This document shows, piece after piece, positions 18,242-26,890 of a DNA stretch of 64,000 nt; within the stretch, counting starts at the first letter, position 1; each line of letters starts with the position of its first letter. Both the position numbers and the translations under genes were made by a program. The notes under the pieces were generated by a model. That model saw nothing but the letters and a program-made list of their open reading frames with translations, made no database searches and had not been told where the DNA came from. The DNA is taken from NCBI GenBank assembly GCA_965261085.1, contig OZ253442.1, forward strand, positions 2,016,001 to 2,080,000, given 5' to 3'. Source of the stretch: a bacterium. Lineage in GTDB: Bacteria; UBA8248.

Positions 18242-19354
18242 CTAACCCTCAAACCGGTAGAGCGCCATTGCGTTGTCGCGCATGATGCGCTGGCGCAGTT
18301 CGGCGTCCACTTGGCGGGGCAGGGCGTGGATAGGCGAGTCGAAATCCCAGTGGGGGTAGTCGGTGGCGAACAGGAGGATTTTCTCGGCGTGGGCCATCTC
18401 GAATATCTGGAGCAGGTGTTCATCTTTTTCGGGTTCCTCGATGGGCTGGCTCGTTACGCTGAAATGCTCATAAAAATACTCGCTCGGCAGCTTTTTGAGC
18501 CATGGGACTTCGGCGCGCATTCCCCGGTAGTTCTTGTCCAGGCGCCAGAGCAGCCCCGGAATCCAGGAGAGGCCGCCTTCTATCAGGACGATTTTTAGTT
18601 TTGGGAAGAGTTCGAACACGCCCTCGCAGATGAAGCTCACGGCGTGCGTCATGAAGCACTGGCACATGGCCGTGTGCCATTCGATGTAGTAGGTGGGCCA
18701 GCCCGAAGCCGTGGGCGGCGGCGCGTTGCCTGCGCCGGAACCCCCGAAATGTATGCCGATGGGGAGTCCGCGTTCTTCCGCCGCCTCGTATATGGGGTGA
18801 TATTTCCTCTGGCCGTAGGGGGCGTGCGAGCCCGCCGGGAATAGCACCTGCGCCATGTCGGCGCGCTCGCCGACGCGCTTTATCTCATCCACGGCGTGCT
18901 GGGGGTCCTGATGCGAGACGGTGATGGCTCCGCGCAGGCGAGCGTCTTTTTCGAGCCAGTGCTCGATGGTCCAGTCGTTATGCGCGCTTGCCAGGGCCGC
19001 GCCGAACTCGGGGATTCCCATGAAGGAGACGTTGTAATACGCCCCGTTCAGCACCCCGTAGCTCACCCCGTAGGCGTCCAGAACCTGTTCCTGAAGCATC
19101 GAGAGGCTCGAACCCGCCGGGCCGCCCGGCGGTATGGCGTCCTTGCGGACGCCGCCGCCCGCCGTCTTGGGATAAGGCGCGTTCGGCAGTTTCGTATAGT
19201 CCGTTTCTTCGACGTAGTTTCGCCACTCGGTAGGTAGGTAGGGCAGCAGGGCGTCCAGAGAAGGGGGTACGTGGTGGATGTCGGAGTCCACCATGCCGAG
19301 GCTCGTCTCCGAGACCGGCTGGGGCGTTTTTACGGCTTGCGTGGTCGTGCTCAT
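18242..19354 (-). CDS. amidohydrolase family protein (Amidohydro_2)
   Basis: [41 protein letters not shown]. Confidence 0.9.
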   Translation of the reverse strand: MSTTTQAVKTPQPVSETSLGMVDSDIHHVPPSLDALLPYLPTEWRNYVEETDYTKLPNAPYPKTAGGGVRKDAIPPGGPAGSSLSMLQEQVLDAYGVSYGVLNGAYYNVSFMGIPEFGAALASAHNDWTIEHWLEKDARLRGAITVSHQDPQHAVDEIKRVGERADMAQVLFPAGSHAPYGQRKYHPIYEAAEERGLPIGIHFGGSGAGNAPPPTASGWPTYYIEWHTAMCQCFMTHAVSFICEGVFELFPKLKIVLIEGGLSWIPGLLWRLDKNYRGMRAEVPWLKKLPSEYFYEHFSVTSQPIEEPEKDEHLLQIFEMAHAEKILLFATDYPHWDFDSPIHALPRQVDAELRQRIMRDNAMALYRFEG

Positions 19355-19439
19355 TATCGTTCCTCCATGCGATTTGTTTGCATTTTAGCACGAGAAAACG
19401 AGAAGCGAAGGTGTACTAGACGAACAGCAGACGTATCGA
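19345..19439. repeat. 95-bp direct repeat copy 1
   Basis: Matches 22127-22221 with 6 mismatches (counted by hand). Confidence 0.92.
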
Positions 19440-19681
19440 ACGATCCCTCGCGCCTTGCCCGATTCGTAGTCAGCAGGGTCGGGAGGGGAACCGGGCGGGG
19501 TACGCGGGACGAAGAGAATCAAAATATTTAGGCCTAAAGACGAAAAATTCTCAATCTTGCAAATGGTTACGAGCTTTGGCAGCGTAGACGGAAACCTTTG
19601 GACGGAGTAGCGATGGCTTTTCATGATGAACATATGAACGAGCCCGGCAGCGGCCGGCACCAGTCCCGGCCCGGTGTCCTG

Positions 19682-20578
19682 ATGGGACACGTGCCGAGTC
19701 TTCCGCCCCTCGAGGCGCTGTGCTTCTTCGAGGCGGCGGCGCGGCTGGAGAGCTTTGCCGCTGCCGCCAGGGAACTCGGCGTGACGCCGGGCGCGGTCTC
19801 GCACCGCATCAAAGCACTGGAGGAGTATCTGGGCGCCCGGCTGTTCGAACGCCGTCCCCACGAAGTGCAGCTCAACCGGCTGGGGCGGGCGTATCTGCTA
19901 GATGTCCAGCGCGTGTTCACAGAGTTGCGCGATGTGACCGAGCGGCGGCTCGGCGGCGGCGCGTTTCTGAAGCTGGTGGCGGTCGAGGCGGTGGCGGAGA
20001 AATGGCTGATGCCACGGCTGGCGGAGTTCCGGGCGGCGCACCCCGACATCGCCATCGAGTTCGAGACCGACCACCGTAAGGTCGACCCCAAGCGGCGCGA
20101 CTTCGACGTCTGGATCGCCTTCACCGGCGAGGTCGGGGGGCAGCTCCATGCCGAGACGCTGTTAGAGGAGACGCTTCTGCCGGTGTGCAGCCCGGCCCTC
20201 TTGGAGGAGCGGGGCCGGCCCGGGAAGCCGGGCGATTTGCACGGCTGGTCGCTGCTCTACGATTTGCACTGGACGTCCTACTGGGCCCACTGGTTTGCGC
20301 ATCACGGCGTGAAGCCGCCCGACCTGTCGCGGGCGCTGGGCTTCCGCCTCTACAGCATGATGGTGCAGGCCGCGGTCGAAGGTATGGGAGTGGCGCTTGG
20401 TCATTCACTGATGATCGCACGGGAGTTGGAGGAGGGACAGTTGGTGACGCTGTTCGACACCCCTGTCCCGGCGCCCGACCGCTATCTGCTGGTCACGTCG
20501 CCGGCCTCGAGACGCAAGCCCGAGGTGCGGGCGTTCAGGGAGTGGATCCTGGAGCAGAGGCTAGGCGAGGAACGATGA
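19682..20578 (+). CDS. LysR family regulator (GcvA/AmpR-like)
   Basis: LPPLEALCFFEAAARLESFAAAARELGVTPGAVSHRIKALEEYLG; WLMPRLAEFRAAHPDI. Confidence 0.93.
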   Translation: MGHVPSLPPLEALCFFEAAARLESFAAAARELGVTPGAVSHRIKALEEYLGARLFERRPHEVQLNRLGRAYLLDVQRVFTELRDVTERRLGGGAFLKLVAVEAVAEKWLMPRLAEFRAAHPDIAIEFETDHRKVDPKRRDFDVWIAFTGEVGGQLHAETLLEETLLPVCSPALLEERGRPGKPGDLHGWSLLYDLHWTSYWAHWFAHHGVKPPDLSRALGFRLYSMMVQAAVEGMGVALGHSLMIARELEEGQLVTLFDTPVPAPDRYLLVTSPASRRKPEVRAFREWILEQRLGEER

Positions 20579-20648
20579 TTGCCTGAGCCTGTTTCTCTAG
20601 GGAGTGTTTTTGTGCACTTTTCTCAACTGGCAAGAAAGGGGACAAGCC

Positions 20649-22019
20649 ATGCTTAAGAGGAATCGACTTTCAATCCTAGTAATAACCGCGCTTGCGGCAG
20701 TCACTCTGGTTTTATCCGGTTGTGGCGGTGGGGATTCCAAATCGGCGGCTCGTGAGTCGATGCCGAGCACTCCGATGACAACACCGACACCGACACCGAC
20801 TCCAACACCGACTCCAACTCCAACACCGGGGGCCTGTATGGTGGGGGGTACTTTGTCCGCGGGTCAATCGTGCAGCCATGAAAGTCCCGGAAACAGATTC
20901 ACCTTTACAGTAAGAGACGATGGGAGGGGCTGCGTGGGCGGAATTTGTAGCGGCGCTGGCATTACACTCAATAACTTTTCTGCAAGAAATAACAATGATG
21001 GGAGCTGGGAAGTCACGGCCCTTCCCGGTGTCGCGATGACGCCATCAAATGGTGGCAACGCTCCCACCATTGAGCGAACCGTCGGTAACATTCAATACTT
21101 TAAGGTAGCTCAAGCCGCGCGAAACACGCCTAGGGCAGGGAGTGTAACGCAGTCCTCGGATGCAGATGCGGACGGCGTCACGGTCGATTTCGTCAACATT
21201 GAAGTAAGTGGTCCTGCCGGACAGCAAACCTACGCCGCATACTACAACGGCATGGAAGTAGTCAGCACCGCAAACGGAACTCCGGCTGAAGGTGTGGATG
21301 GGGTTCTTGATCAACCCAAGGGAACACGGCTGCATGAGCGGATAGACGGCGGCGTCGAGTTTTATCGGAGTCTGGGACAGGCGGAAGCTGCGCTACTCGG
21401 TCTTGCACCCGGAGATATCTGGATCGATGTATACACGGATCATGAAGGTGGCAATGACGCAGACTATCTCGCAGGAGGCATATGGGTGTATGCGCCGGAT
21501 AACACATCCAATCTCAATGACTACGAATATGGAGCCTTCGTTGATGGCAACGATCCGTTTCAGCAGGACAATTTGGCGGGCGTGACGGGGACTGTGACGT
21601 ATTCTCTAGAGGAAGGCGTCACCGGAGTGTTTCCGGTCGTGGAAGTAGGAAGAAATTACTTCTTTAACGCCGACGTCGCGCTTACAGCCGAGTTCGGCGA
21701 TGGCAGCGAGTTGGGAACAATTAGCGGGCGCATCCACAGTTTCAAAATCTATTTCGAGGAGGAACGAATAAACCTTCCCGAAAATCCGGTATTGACGCTG
21801 GGCAGAACCGATATCGGGAGTTCGAACAGCGGGTTCTTCACAGGCGACACCAGCATGACGTTTGACGGCAGCGACTTCACCGGCAAATGGGGCGGTCAGT
21901 TCTACGGCAACGGGGCCGACCCGACTGATGCGCCGGGTTCCGTTGCCGGAACTTTCGGCGGCGCCACCGCTGATGGAAACGAAAGTTTTCTAGGCACCTT
22001 TGGGGCCTATAAGCGGTAG
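20649..22019 (+). CDS. surface lipoprotein: Pro-Thr linker, small Cys-containing domain, TbpB-like C-terminal beta-barrel
   Basis: Lipobox LSGC; (TP)n run; C-terminal GKWGGQFYGNG...SVAGTFG...FLGTFGA pattern. Confidence 0.7.
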   Translation: MLKRNRLSILVITALAAVTLVLSGCGGGDSKSAARESMPSTPMTTPTPTPTPTPTPTPTPGACMVGGTLSAGQSCSHESPGNRFTFTVRDDGRGCVGGICSGAGITLNNFSARNNNDGSWEVTALPGVAMTPSNGGNAPTIERTVGNIQYFKVAQAARNTPRAGSVTQSSDADADGVTVDFVNIEVSGPAGQQTYAAYYNGMEVVSTANGTPAEGVDGVLDQPKGTRLHERIDGGVEFYRSLGQAEAALLGLAPGDIWIDVYTDHEGGNDADYLAGGIWVYAPDNTSNLNDYEYGAFVDGNDPFQQDNLAGVTGTVTYSLEEGVTGVFPVVEVGRNYFFNADVALTAEFGDGSELGTISGRIHSFKIYFEEERINLPENPVLTLGRTDIGSSNSGFFTGDTSMTFDGSDFTGKWGGQFYGNGADPTDAPGSVAGTFGGATADGNESFLGTFGAYKR

Positions 22020-22049
22020 ACGCATACCGTAACACCACCAACGCAAGCT

Positions 22050-22080
22050 AGAAGGGCAGCCGCGCGGCTGCCCTTCTTTT
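22050..22080 (+). terminator. rho-independent terminator
   Basis: agaagggcagccg-cg-cggctgcccttct followed by a T-tract, downstream of the lipoprotein gene. Confidence 0.8.
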
Positions 22081-22126
22081 GTGATTTCCGATACCCGCGA
22101 AGAAGTCGCTTTATTCCTCGCCTTCA

Positions 22127-22221
22127 TCGTGCTCATTATCGTTCCTCCATGCGATGTCTCTGTATTTTAGCACGAGAAAACGAGAAGCGAAGGTTTCCTA
22201 GACGAACAGCAGACGTATCGA
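22127..22221. repeat. 95-bp direct repeat copy 2
   Basis: See copy 1; contains the TauE 3' end and an orphan RBS + ATG AGC ACG. Confidence 0.92.
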
Positions 22222-22944
22222 TCCGCCCAGCGCGATGCTCAGCACGCACAGGTTGAACGTGCGCCCGTTCAGCCTCTCCTGCACCCATGCGCCGGCCTTG
22301 ATGCCCAGCCACAGCACGGGCAGGCCGACCATGCTCGCCCAGACGGTATCCATCGTCACCACGGAAACCTGCCAGAAGGCGACCACCTTGATGGGGTTCA
22401 TCACCGCAAAGAGAGCCCATATCGTGCTCACCAGGGTGATCTTCTCCAGTTTCTGGCTGATGAGAACGGGGGTGAGAAAAATCGCCCCGCTGTTGGCGAG
22501 CGAGGAGCAAAGCCCGCTCATGATGCCGAAGCCCCCGCCCTGCCACATCGGCAGTGGGGGAATTTCAAAGGGTCTGCCTCTTATTTCCACGAGCGTCTGG
22601 TAGGAGGCGAGGGATAAACAGATGGCGCCGATCAGGAGCTTCAGTCCCTCGCCCGGGAGCCAGGTGAGCAGCCAGACGCCGCAGGCGAGCCCGATAATGA
22701 TGCCGGGCGCCAGGAGGAACACGTAGCGCAGGTTCCACTTTCCCCAGAAATCGGGCGCCGCCCCCAGGCTCGACCAGCAACTGAACAGCGCGATGAGGCC
22801 CAGGGAGAAAGTGGGCGAGAACGCGAAAATGAGAAAGGGCGTGATGACCAGGCCCACGCCCGCTCCGAACGTGCGCACGAGAAAACCGTTGCAAAACGCC
22901 GCCGCCAGGACGAAGGCCCACTCGGCCAGGGAGAAATCCGGCAT
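22198..22944 (-). CDS. sulfite exporter TauE/SafE family protein
   Basis: Start MPDFSLAEWAF; GFLVRTFGAGVGL, GIMSGLCSSLANSG; multi-TM. Confidence 0.8.
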   Translation of the reverse strand: MPDFSLAEWAFVLAAAFCNGFLVRTFGAGVGLVITPFLIFAFSPTFSLGLIALFSCWSSLGAAPDFWGKWNLRYVFLLAPGIIIGLACGVWLLTWLPGEGLKLLIGAICLSLASYQTLVEIRGRPFEIPPLPMWQGGGFGIMSGLCSSLANSGAIFLTPVLISQKLEKITLVSTIWALFAVMNPIKVVAFWQVSVVTMDTVWASMVGLPVLWLGIKAGAWVQERLNGRTFNLCVLSIALGGSIRLLFV

Positions 22945-22946
22945 CG

Positions 22947-23693
22947 CTAGCTCGACTCCAGAAGAAGGCGCAGGGCGGTGACGAGGGACAAGAGCAGGAG
23001 GATGAAAATGAATCCTTTCTGGGGGATTTGACGGAGCGTCTGCTTGCCGCACCAGCTTCCGGCCCACGCCAGGGGAAAGGCGAGAGCGCCCGCCACCAGC
23101 ATGGGCGTCTGCACGACGCCCCCGAACCACAGCGAGGCGACCTTGAAGGGGTTCACCCAGAGCCATACGACGATGATGCTCGCCACTATAGCCGTTTTCG
23201 AAAGCCCCTGGCTGATGTAGAAAAGACTCAATACGAGGCCTCCCGAGTGGAACATGGCGCTGATGATTCCGCCGCCTATGCCGATTCCCACTCCCGCCGG
23301 GGGGCTGATGGGCGGCGGCTTGATATCTCCGCGCGCCTCGCGCCAGATGAGCAGCCCGGCGAAGAAGACGCAGGTTAAGCCGATGCCTTTTCTCAGCCAG
23401 TAATCGGGCAGATTCACCAGCGCGTAGACGCCGATGATGATGCCGATGTAGAAGCCGGGCACCAGGAAGCGCAGAAAGCGGCTCTCCCACTGCTTCCAGA
23501 ACATGGGGATGGCGAAAAAGTCCGTCACCCACATGATGACGGCCACGATGCCGATGATGAATCGAGTGGGCCAGAAGATGATCATGATCGGAACGAGAAA
23601 GATGCCGATCCCGGAGCTGAAGGTGGTTTTCAGAAAGCCGACGAAAAAAGCGGCGATCCCGACCGCTAGTAGCTCATGAGTCGAGTAGTCCAA
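22947..23693 (-). CDS. sulfite exporter TauE/SafE family protein
   Basis: GFLKTTFSSGIG, GGIISAMFHSGG; multi-TM; TTG start. Confidence 0.8.
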   Translation of the reverse strand: MDYSTHELLAVGIAAFFVGFLKTTFSSGIGIFLVPIMIIFWPTRFIIGIVAVIMWVTDFFAIPMFWKQWESRFLRFLVPGFYIGIIIGVYALVNLPDYWLRKGIGLTCVFFAGLLIWREARGDIKPPPISPPAGVGIGIGGGIISAMFHSGGLVLSLFYISQGLSKTAIVASIIVVWLWVNPFKVASLWFGGVVQTPMLVAGALAFPLAWAGSWCGKQTLRQIPQKGFIFILLLLSLVTALRLLLESS

Positions 23694-23778
23694 AATATCC
23701 TCTGCTTGCCTGTGACGAAACGAGGGGCCAGCTTAGCGATTCGGGGGGTCGAGAACAAGCTCGCGGGCACGCCCGGCC

Positions 23779-24036
23779 CTAGAACTTGGTGACGTGTCCC
23801 TCGACTCCGAACAGCTTGGGTAGCAGGCCGTGGAAGTAGTAGACGTCCAGAAAGATCAGGGCGAAGAAGAGCGCGATGAAAATGAGAATCAGCCCGGCGA
23901 TGAAGCACGGGATCTGGGCGATGGCGTGAAAGACGCCCCCGATTCCGCCTTTTCTGAGCGGATAGCCGCAGTGTGGGCAGGAGGTGGCCTCGGTGCTCAG
24001 GATCCCCCCGCATTCGGGGCAGTTGAGGAGCGCCAT
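23779..24036 (-). CDS. zinc-ribbon membrane protein
   Basis: MALLNCPECGGILSTEATSCPHCGYP then one TM helix; starts right after the synthetase stop. Confidence 0.75.
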   Translation of the reverse strand: MALLNCPECGGILSTEATSCPHCGYPLRKGGIGGVFHAIAQIPCFIAGLILIFIALFFALIFLDVYYFHGLLPKLFGVEGHVTKF

Positions 24037-24037
24037 C

Positions 24038-25984
24038 TCATCGCGCCTCTTTGATGGCGTAGAGAAACTCCGGCGCCTCGATGGAAGAAGTGTCGATGTT
24101 CGCGGGGTCCTCGCCCAGATATATCTTCTTGATGGCGCCGCGCACGATCTTCGCCGAGCGCGTCTTGGGCAGCGCCTCGACGAACTTGACCTCATCGGGC
24201 CTGAGGCTTTTTCCGAGATATTTGACGGTTTCTTCCTTGAGTGTTTCTCGCAGCGCGTCGGTCGGTTCATGGCCCGCGCTCAATACCACGAAACAGCAAA
24301 GGCCCTCGCCCTTGATGGGGTGCGGCGCGCCGATGACGGCGGCCTCCACCACGGCGGGATGCCCGATGAGGGCGGATTCCACCTCGGCGGGCCCCACGCG
24401 CTTGCCCGCGACGTTGATGGTGTCGTCCGAACGCCCGAAGAGATACCACTGCCCGTCCTCATCCAGGCGCGCCCAGTCGCCGTGGTACCACACGTTCGGC
24501 CAGCGGGAGAAATACGTTTCGATGAAGCGCTCATCGTCTTTCAGGAAACCCTTGGTCATCGAGGGGACGGGCTGTTTGAGCACGAGATGGCCGATTTCCC
24601 CGCGCACGGGCCGGCCCTCTTCGTTGAACACGTCGGCGTCCGAACCCAGGGCCGGGCCGCCAAGGGAGCACGGCGTGAGCGGAACGATGGGGTAGGGCTG
24701 GAGTATGCAGCCGCAAAGCTCGGTGCCGCCCGATATGTTCATGACGGGACACCGCCCGCCGCCTACCTTTTCGAAGTACCACATGTAGGATTCCGGGTCC
24801 CAGGGCTCTCCGGTGGAGGCCAGCACGCGCAGTGAGGAGAGGTCGTGTTTTTCCACCCATTCATCGCCCATGCTGATGAGGAGCCGCACGGCGGTGGGCG
24901 AGACGCCGAAGATGGTGACCCCGTGATCGCTCAGGAGTTTCCAGAGCCTGTCGGGTTCGGGCCAGTTGGGCGCGCCATCGTAGATGAGATAAGTGCCGCC
25001 CCCGAACTGAACGCCTATCATCTCCCACGGACCCATCATCCAGCCGATGTCCGTCACCCAGAACAAGACGTCCTCATCGCGCAGGTCCATGCAATAGCGA
25101 ATCTCCTTTGACACGTTGAGCATGCAGCCCGCGTGGGTGTGCATCGTGCCTTTCGGCTTTCCGGTGGTGCCGGACGTATAGATGATGAGGGAGAGGGCCT
25201 CGGCGGGCAGGCGTTCTGTTTCGGCCTCCTCGGATTGGCCAGCGATAAAATCGTCCCAATAAACGTCGCGCCCTTTCTGCATGGGGACGCTCGTTTCGGT
25301 TCTTTGGAAGACGACGACTTTCTCGACCTGGGTCCCGGCTTCGAGCGCCTGATCCATCAGGGCCTTTACACCCACTTCCTTGCCCCGGCGCATCCCGCCG
25401 TTCGAGGTGAAGACGAGCCGCGCCTCGGCGTGGTCGAGTCGCTCGGTGACGGCTTCCGGGCCGAAGCCCGAAAAGATGGGAATCGCGATCACCCCGATTT
25501 TCAGGCACGCGAACATGGCGAAGACGGTCTCCGGGATCATGGGCATGAAGATGCCGGCGCTGTCTCCGGGGCGCATCCCCATCTCGCGCATGGCGTTCGC
25601 GAGGCGGCAGACCTGCGCGTTCATCTCCGCGTAGGTGTAACGGCGCACTTCGCCCCCGTCTCCCTCCCAGATGAGGGCCGTCTTGTCGCGCGTGGGCGTC
25701 TCAAGATGCCTGTCGATGCAGTTGTGGACGATGTTGAGCTCCCCGCCCAGGAACCACTTCGTCCAGGGCAGGCCGCCCGATGAGTCCATTACCTGGTCAT
25801 AGCGCCTGTACCAGGAGACGCCCATGTCCTTCTCAATCGCCTCCCAGAAGCGGGCGACGTCTTCCCGGAAAAAATCGAGCAACGCCTCGTAGCTCGCCAG
25901 CCCCTGTTTTTTCATGAAGCGGGCGACGTTCGAGTTTTCGAGAAAATCCTCATTGGGCCGCCAGATGATGTCCTGTACGCTCAT
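24038..25984 (-). CDS. acetate/acyl-CoA synthetase (AMP-forming)
   Basis: YTSGTTGKPKG, TDIGW, STGEPW, HGD, GRSDD, LPKTRSAKIVR. Confidence 0.9.
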   Translation of the reverse strand: MSVQDIIWRPNEDFLENSNVARFMKKQGLASYEALLDFFREDVARFWEAIEKDMGVSWYRRYDQVMDSSGGLPWTKWFLGGELNIVHNCIDRHLETPTRDKTALIWEGDGGEVRRYTYAEMNAQVCRLANAMREMGMRPGDSAGIFMPMIPETVFAMFACLKIGVIAIPIFSGFGPEAVTERLDHAEARLVFTSNGGMRRGKEVGVKALMDQALEAGTQVEKVVVFQRTETSVPMQKGRDVYWDDFIAGQSEEAETERLPAEALSLIIYTSGTTGKPKGTMHTHAGCMLNVSKEIRYCMDLRDEDVLFWVTDIGWMMGPWEMIGVQFGGGTYLIYDGAPNWPEPDRLWKLLSDHGVTIFGVSPTAVRLLISMGDEWVEKHDLSSLRVLASTGEPWDPESYMWYFEKVGGGRCPVMNISGGTELCGCILQPYPIVPLTPCSLGGPALGSDADVFNEEGRPVRGEIGHLVLKQPVPSMTKGFLKDDERFIETYFSRWPNVWYHGDWARLDEDGQWYLFGRSDDTINVAGKRVGPAEVESALIGHPAVVEAAVIGAPHPIKGEGLCCFVVLSAGHEPTDALRETLKEETVKYLGKSLRPDEVKFVEALPKTRSAKIVRGAIKKIYLGEDPANIDTSSIEAPEFLYAIKEAR

Positions 25985-26001
25985 GGGTTTTCCTTAATCA
26001 G

Positions 26002-26889
26002 TCATAAAATTTTACGGTTGTAGGCCAAACGCATGAGTTCTTTTAACGCATCGGCGTGGTTCTTGATATCGCCCTTATTTAGCTGAACCTCATAAGTTTG
26101 TTTTTTGTACTCAAAGTCGAGATCGGTTTGTTCGAGTTGTTGTTCGATTTCTTGTGATTTCTCAAGAAAAACGATGAGACGAAGAAGATTTTTCCGGGGT
26201 TTAAGCCGAATCAAGCTGTTGACCCGACCATCTTTCGAGAGACCAATGTATTGTTTGTTGTACTTTGGTTCCAATTCGGCGTCGAAGTCTTTCACCATTT
26301 CCAAAAGTTGCTCGGCGAGTAAAACTGTGGCTTTGGACCCACGTTGTTCCCAATATGACCGATCCGCAGGTGGTTGTCTTTCTTCGTCCTCTTCTACCAG
26401 TCCTCGCGTCAGCTCATCCATCACGGTCGTGAATACCAGCGAGGTGTATTCTTCGATCTTCAAGGCCTGAAACTGAATCGCGACTAAAGGAATCGCGCCG
26501 TTGAAGAGGGAAACGACGTTCAGAAATCGGCTGGTGACGTTCTCCGCGACCAAAACGGCGCAATGCTCGTACTGCGGATACCGCTTTCGCTCGATATCCC
26601 AATACTCAATTGTGCGAATGATATGCGATTCGTCGGTTGCTCCGAGTTGAATTTCCACCTCATACCTGCGGTCTGTGTCCGGATCTTGGAGCAACATATC
26701 CAAACGACCTGCCCCAGGCTGTTTACGCTCGGTGTCCCTCAAAACAAGATCGCCGAGGCCGAGGAGGGAAGGATCGTCGGAGATTAGTCTCTGAACCCAT
26801 TTTTCGTCCAATTCAGGATGATTTTTCAGCCAAATTCTCTCAGGCTTAACGTATCCCCCTACACCCATTTCCATTCTATCTACCTCCAC
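26002..26889 (-). CDS. NucS/PD-(D/E)XK-like nuclease-fold protein with DUF5655-like C-terminus
   Basis: GRLDMLLQD...YEVEIQLG...HIIRTIEYW; C-terminal KYNKQYIGL; lower GC. Confidence 0.65.
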   Translation of the reverse strand: MEVDRMEMGVGGYVKPERIWLKNHPELDEKWVQRLISDDPSLLGLGDLVLRDTERKQPGAGRLDMLLQDPDTDRRYEVEIQLGATDESHIIRTIEYWDIERKRYPQYEHCAVLVAENVTSRFLNVVSLFNGAIPLVAIQFQALKIEEYTSLVFTTVMDELTRGLVEEDEERQPPADRSYWEQRGSKATVLLAEQLLEMVKDFDAELEPKYNKQYIGLSKDGRVNSLIRLKPRKNLLRLIVFLEKSQEIEQQLEQTDLDFEYKKQTYEVQLNKGDIKNHADALKELMRLAYNRKIL

Positions 26890-26890
26890 T

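Noticed and set aside
19455-19480. tRNA-Arg-like anticodon arm (gactacgaatc on the minus strand; also near 2005-2015)
   Set aside because: No D-arm, T-arm (GTTCGA in place) or acceptor stem around either site.
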